A stretch of DNA of 64,000 nt from Leptonemataceae bacterium (GTDB taxonomy: Bacteria; Spirochaetota; Leptospiria; Leptospirales; Leptonemataceae). Numbering within the stretch: position 1 is the first letter of the stretch; every line of letters starts with the position of its first letter. The position numbers and the translations under genes are program-made. The stretch is taken from positions 2,816,001 to 2,880,000 of the forward strand of contig OZ245742.1 of NCBI GenBank assembly GCA_965227295.1. The letters are read 5' to 3'. Shown here piece after piece: positions 63,492 through 64,000 of this stretch. The notes under the pieces are model-generated. The model searched no databases. It was not told where the DNA came from and was given only the letters and a program-made list of their open reading frames with translations.

Positions 63492-63920
63492 ATGCGTATG
63501 AAAACCAACGGATCGATCTACGTCGCCGTTCTCGCCGCGGCCCTGCTGGCCTTCGGCAGCCTTGCGGCTCAGGACGCACCGAAATCCGAGCCGGCGTGCA
63601 AGCAGTGCCGGACGGACTTCAAGTCCTGCCGTGACAAAGCAAAGGCCGATCACCCGGGCAAAGACGGAGCCGAAGCTCGCCGGGAAGCCATTAAGGCCTG
63701 CCAGGAAACGAAGATGGCGTGCATTGCGCCGTGCAAAGAATGCAAGCAAATGTGCCGCGCCGACAAAAAAGAGCGCAAAGAACAGTGCCGCACGGACTTC
63801 AATCCGAAAGAGTGCCCCCAGGGCGACAAGGACTGCAAAAACATTCTGAAGCAAGAGCGCAAGAACTGCGTCGACGGAGTGAAAGCAACGGACTGTAACA
63901 ATCAGTGTCGCGTGCAATAA
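63492..63920 (+). CDS. Secreted Cys/Lys-rich protein
   Basis: AGGAG RBS, signal peptide (LAA-Q), 14 Cys in the mature part, terminator directly after. Confidence 0.8.
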   Translation: MRMKTNGSIYVAVLAAALLAFGSLAAQDAPKSEPACKQCRTDFKSCRDKAKADHPGKDGAEARREAIKACQETKMACIAPCKECKQMCRADKKERKEQCRTDFNPKECPQGDKDCKNILKQERKNCVDGVKATDCNNQCRVQ

Positions 63921-63942
63921 GGCGCGGCCGCATCACTCACAC

Positions 63943-63975
63943 AAAACCGCCGGTGTTATGCCGGCGGTTTTTTAT
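63943..63975 (+). terminator. Rho-independent terminator
   Basis: AAAACCGCCGGT-GTTAT-GCCGGCGGTTTTTT. Confidence 0.85.
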
Positions 63976-64000
63976 TGTACCGCTTACGGCCCGGTCCGCA

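Noticed and set aside
63492..63920. Multihaem cytochrome
   Set aside because: The CxxC motifs are not followed by His.

Overview
A 64-kb chromosomal window from a GC-rich spirochaete, most likely Leptospiraceae (16S signature, plus DUF1564-, LruC- and histone-like genes). In order: the 3' end of a phage-tail/extracellular contractile injection system (eCIS)-like locus; a linked 16S-23S rRNA unit with no spacer tRNA and no 5S; a DUF4157 protein with a candidate nuclease toxin domain; housekeeping genes including a 61-aa bacterial histone and galE; about 3.5 tandem copies of an unexplained ~325-bp repeat; an accessory, lower-GC island holding a UvrD-nuclease + type III Mod + Res-S24 operon; a lipid-catabolism region; an LruC/RCC1 surface protein; carA; a chemoreceptor; an OmpA-family protein; an ABC-transporter remnant; and a di-haem peroxidase-family gene. 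The best candidate for an undescribed system is the TetR-centred divergon at 35170-44121. It links a secreted neutral ceramidase to a class-III aminotransferase, an FGGY kinase fused to a class-II aldolase, a degenerate second aldolase and an MFS transporter. This fits a transamination/phosphorylation/retro-aldol route for (phyto)sphingosine breakdown, which is an inference. All calls come from reading motifs by eye; no searches were run.
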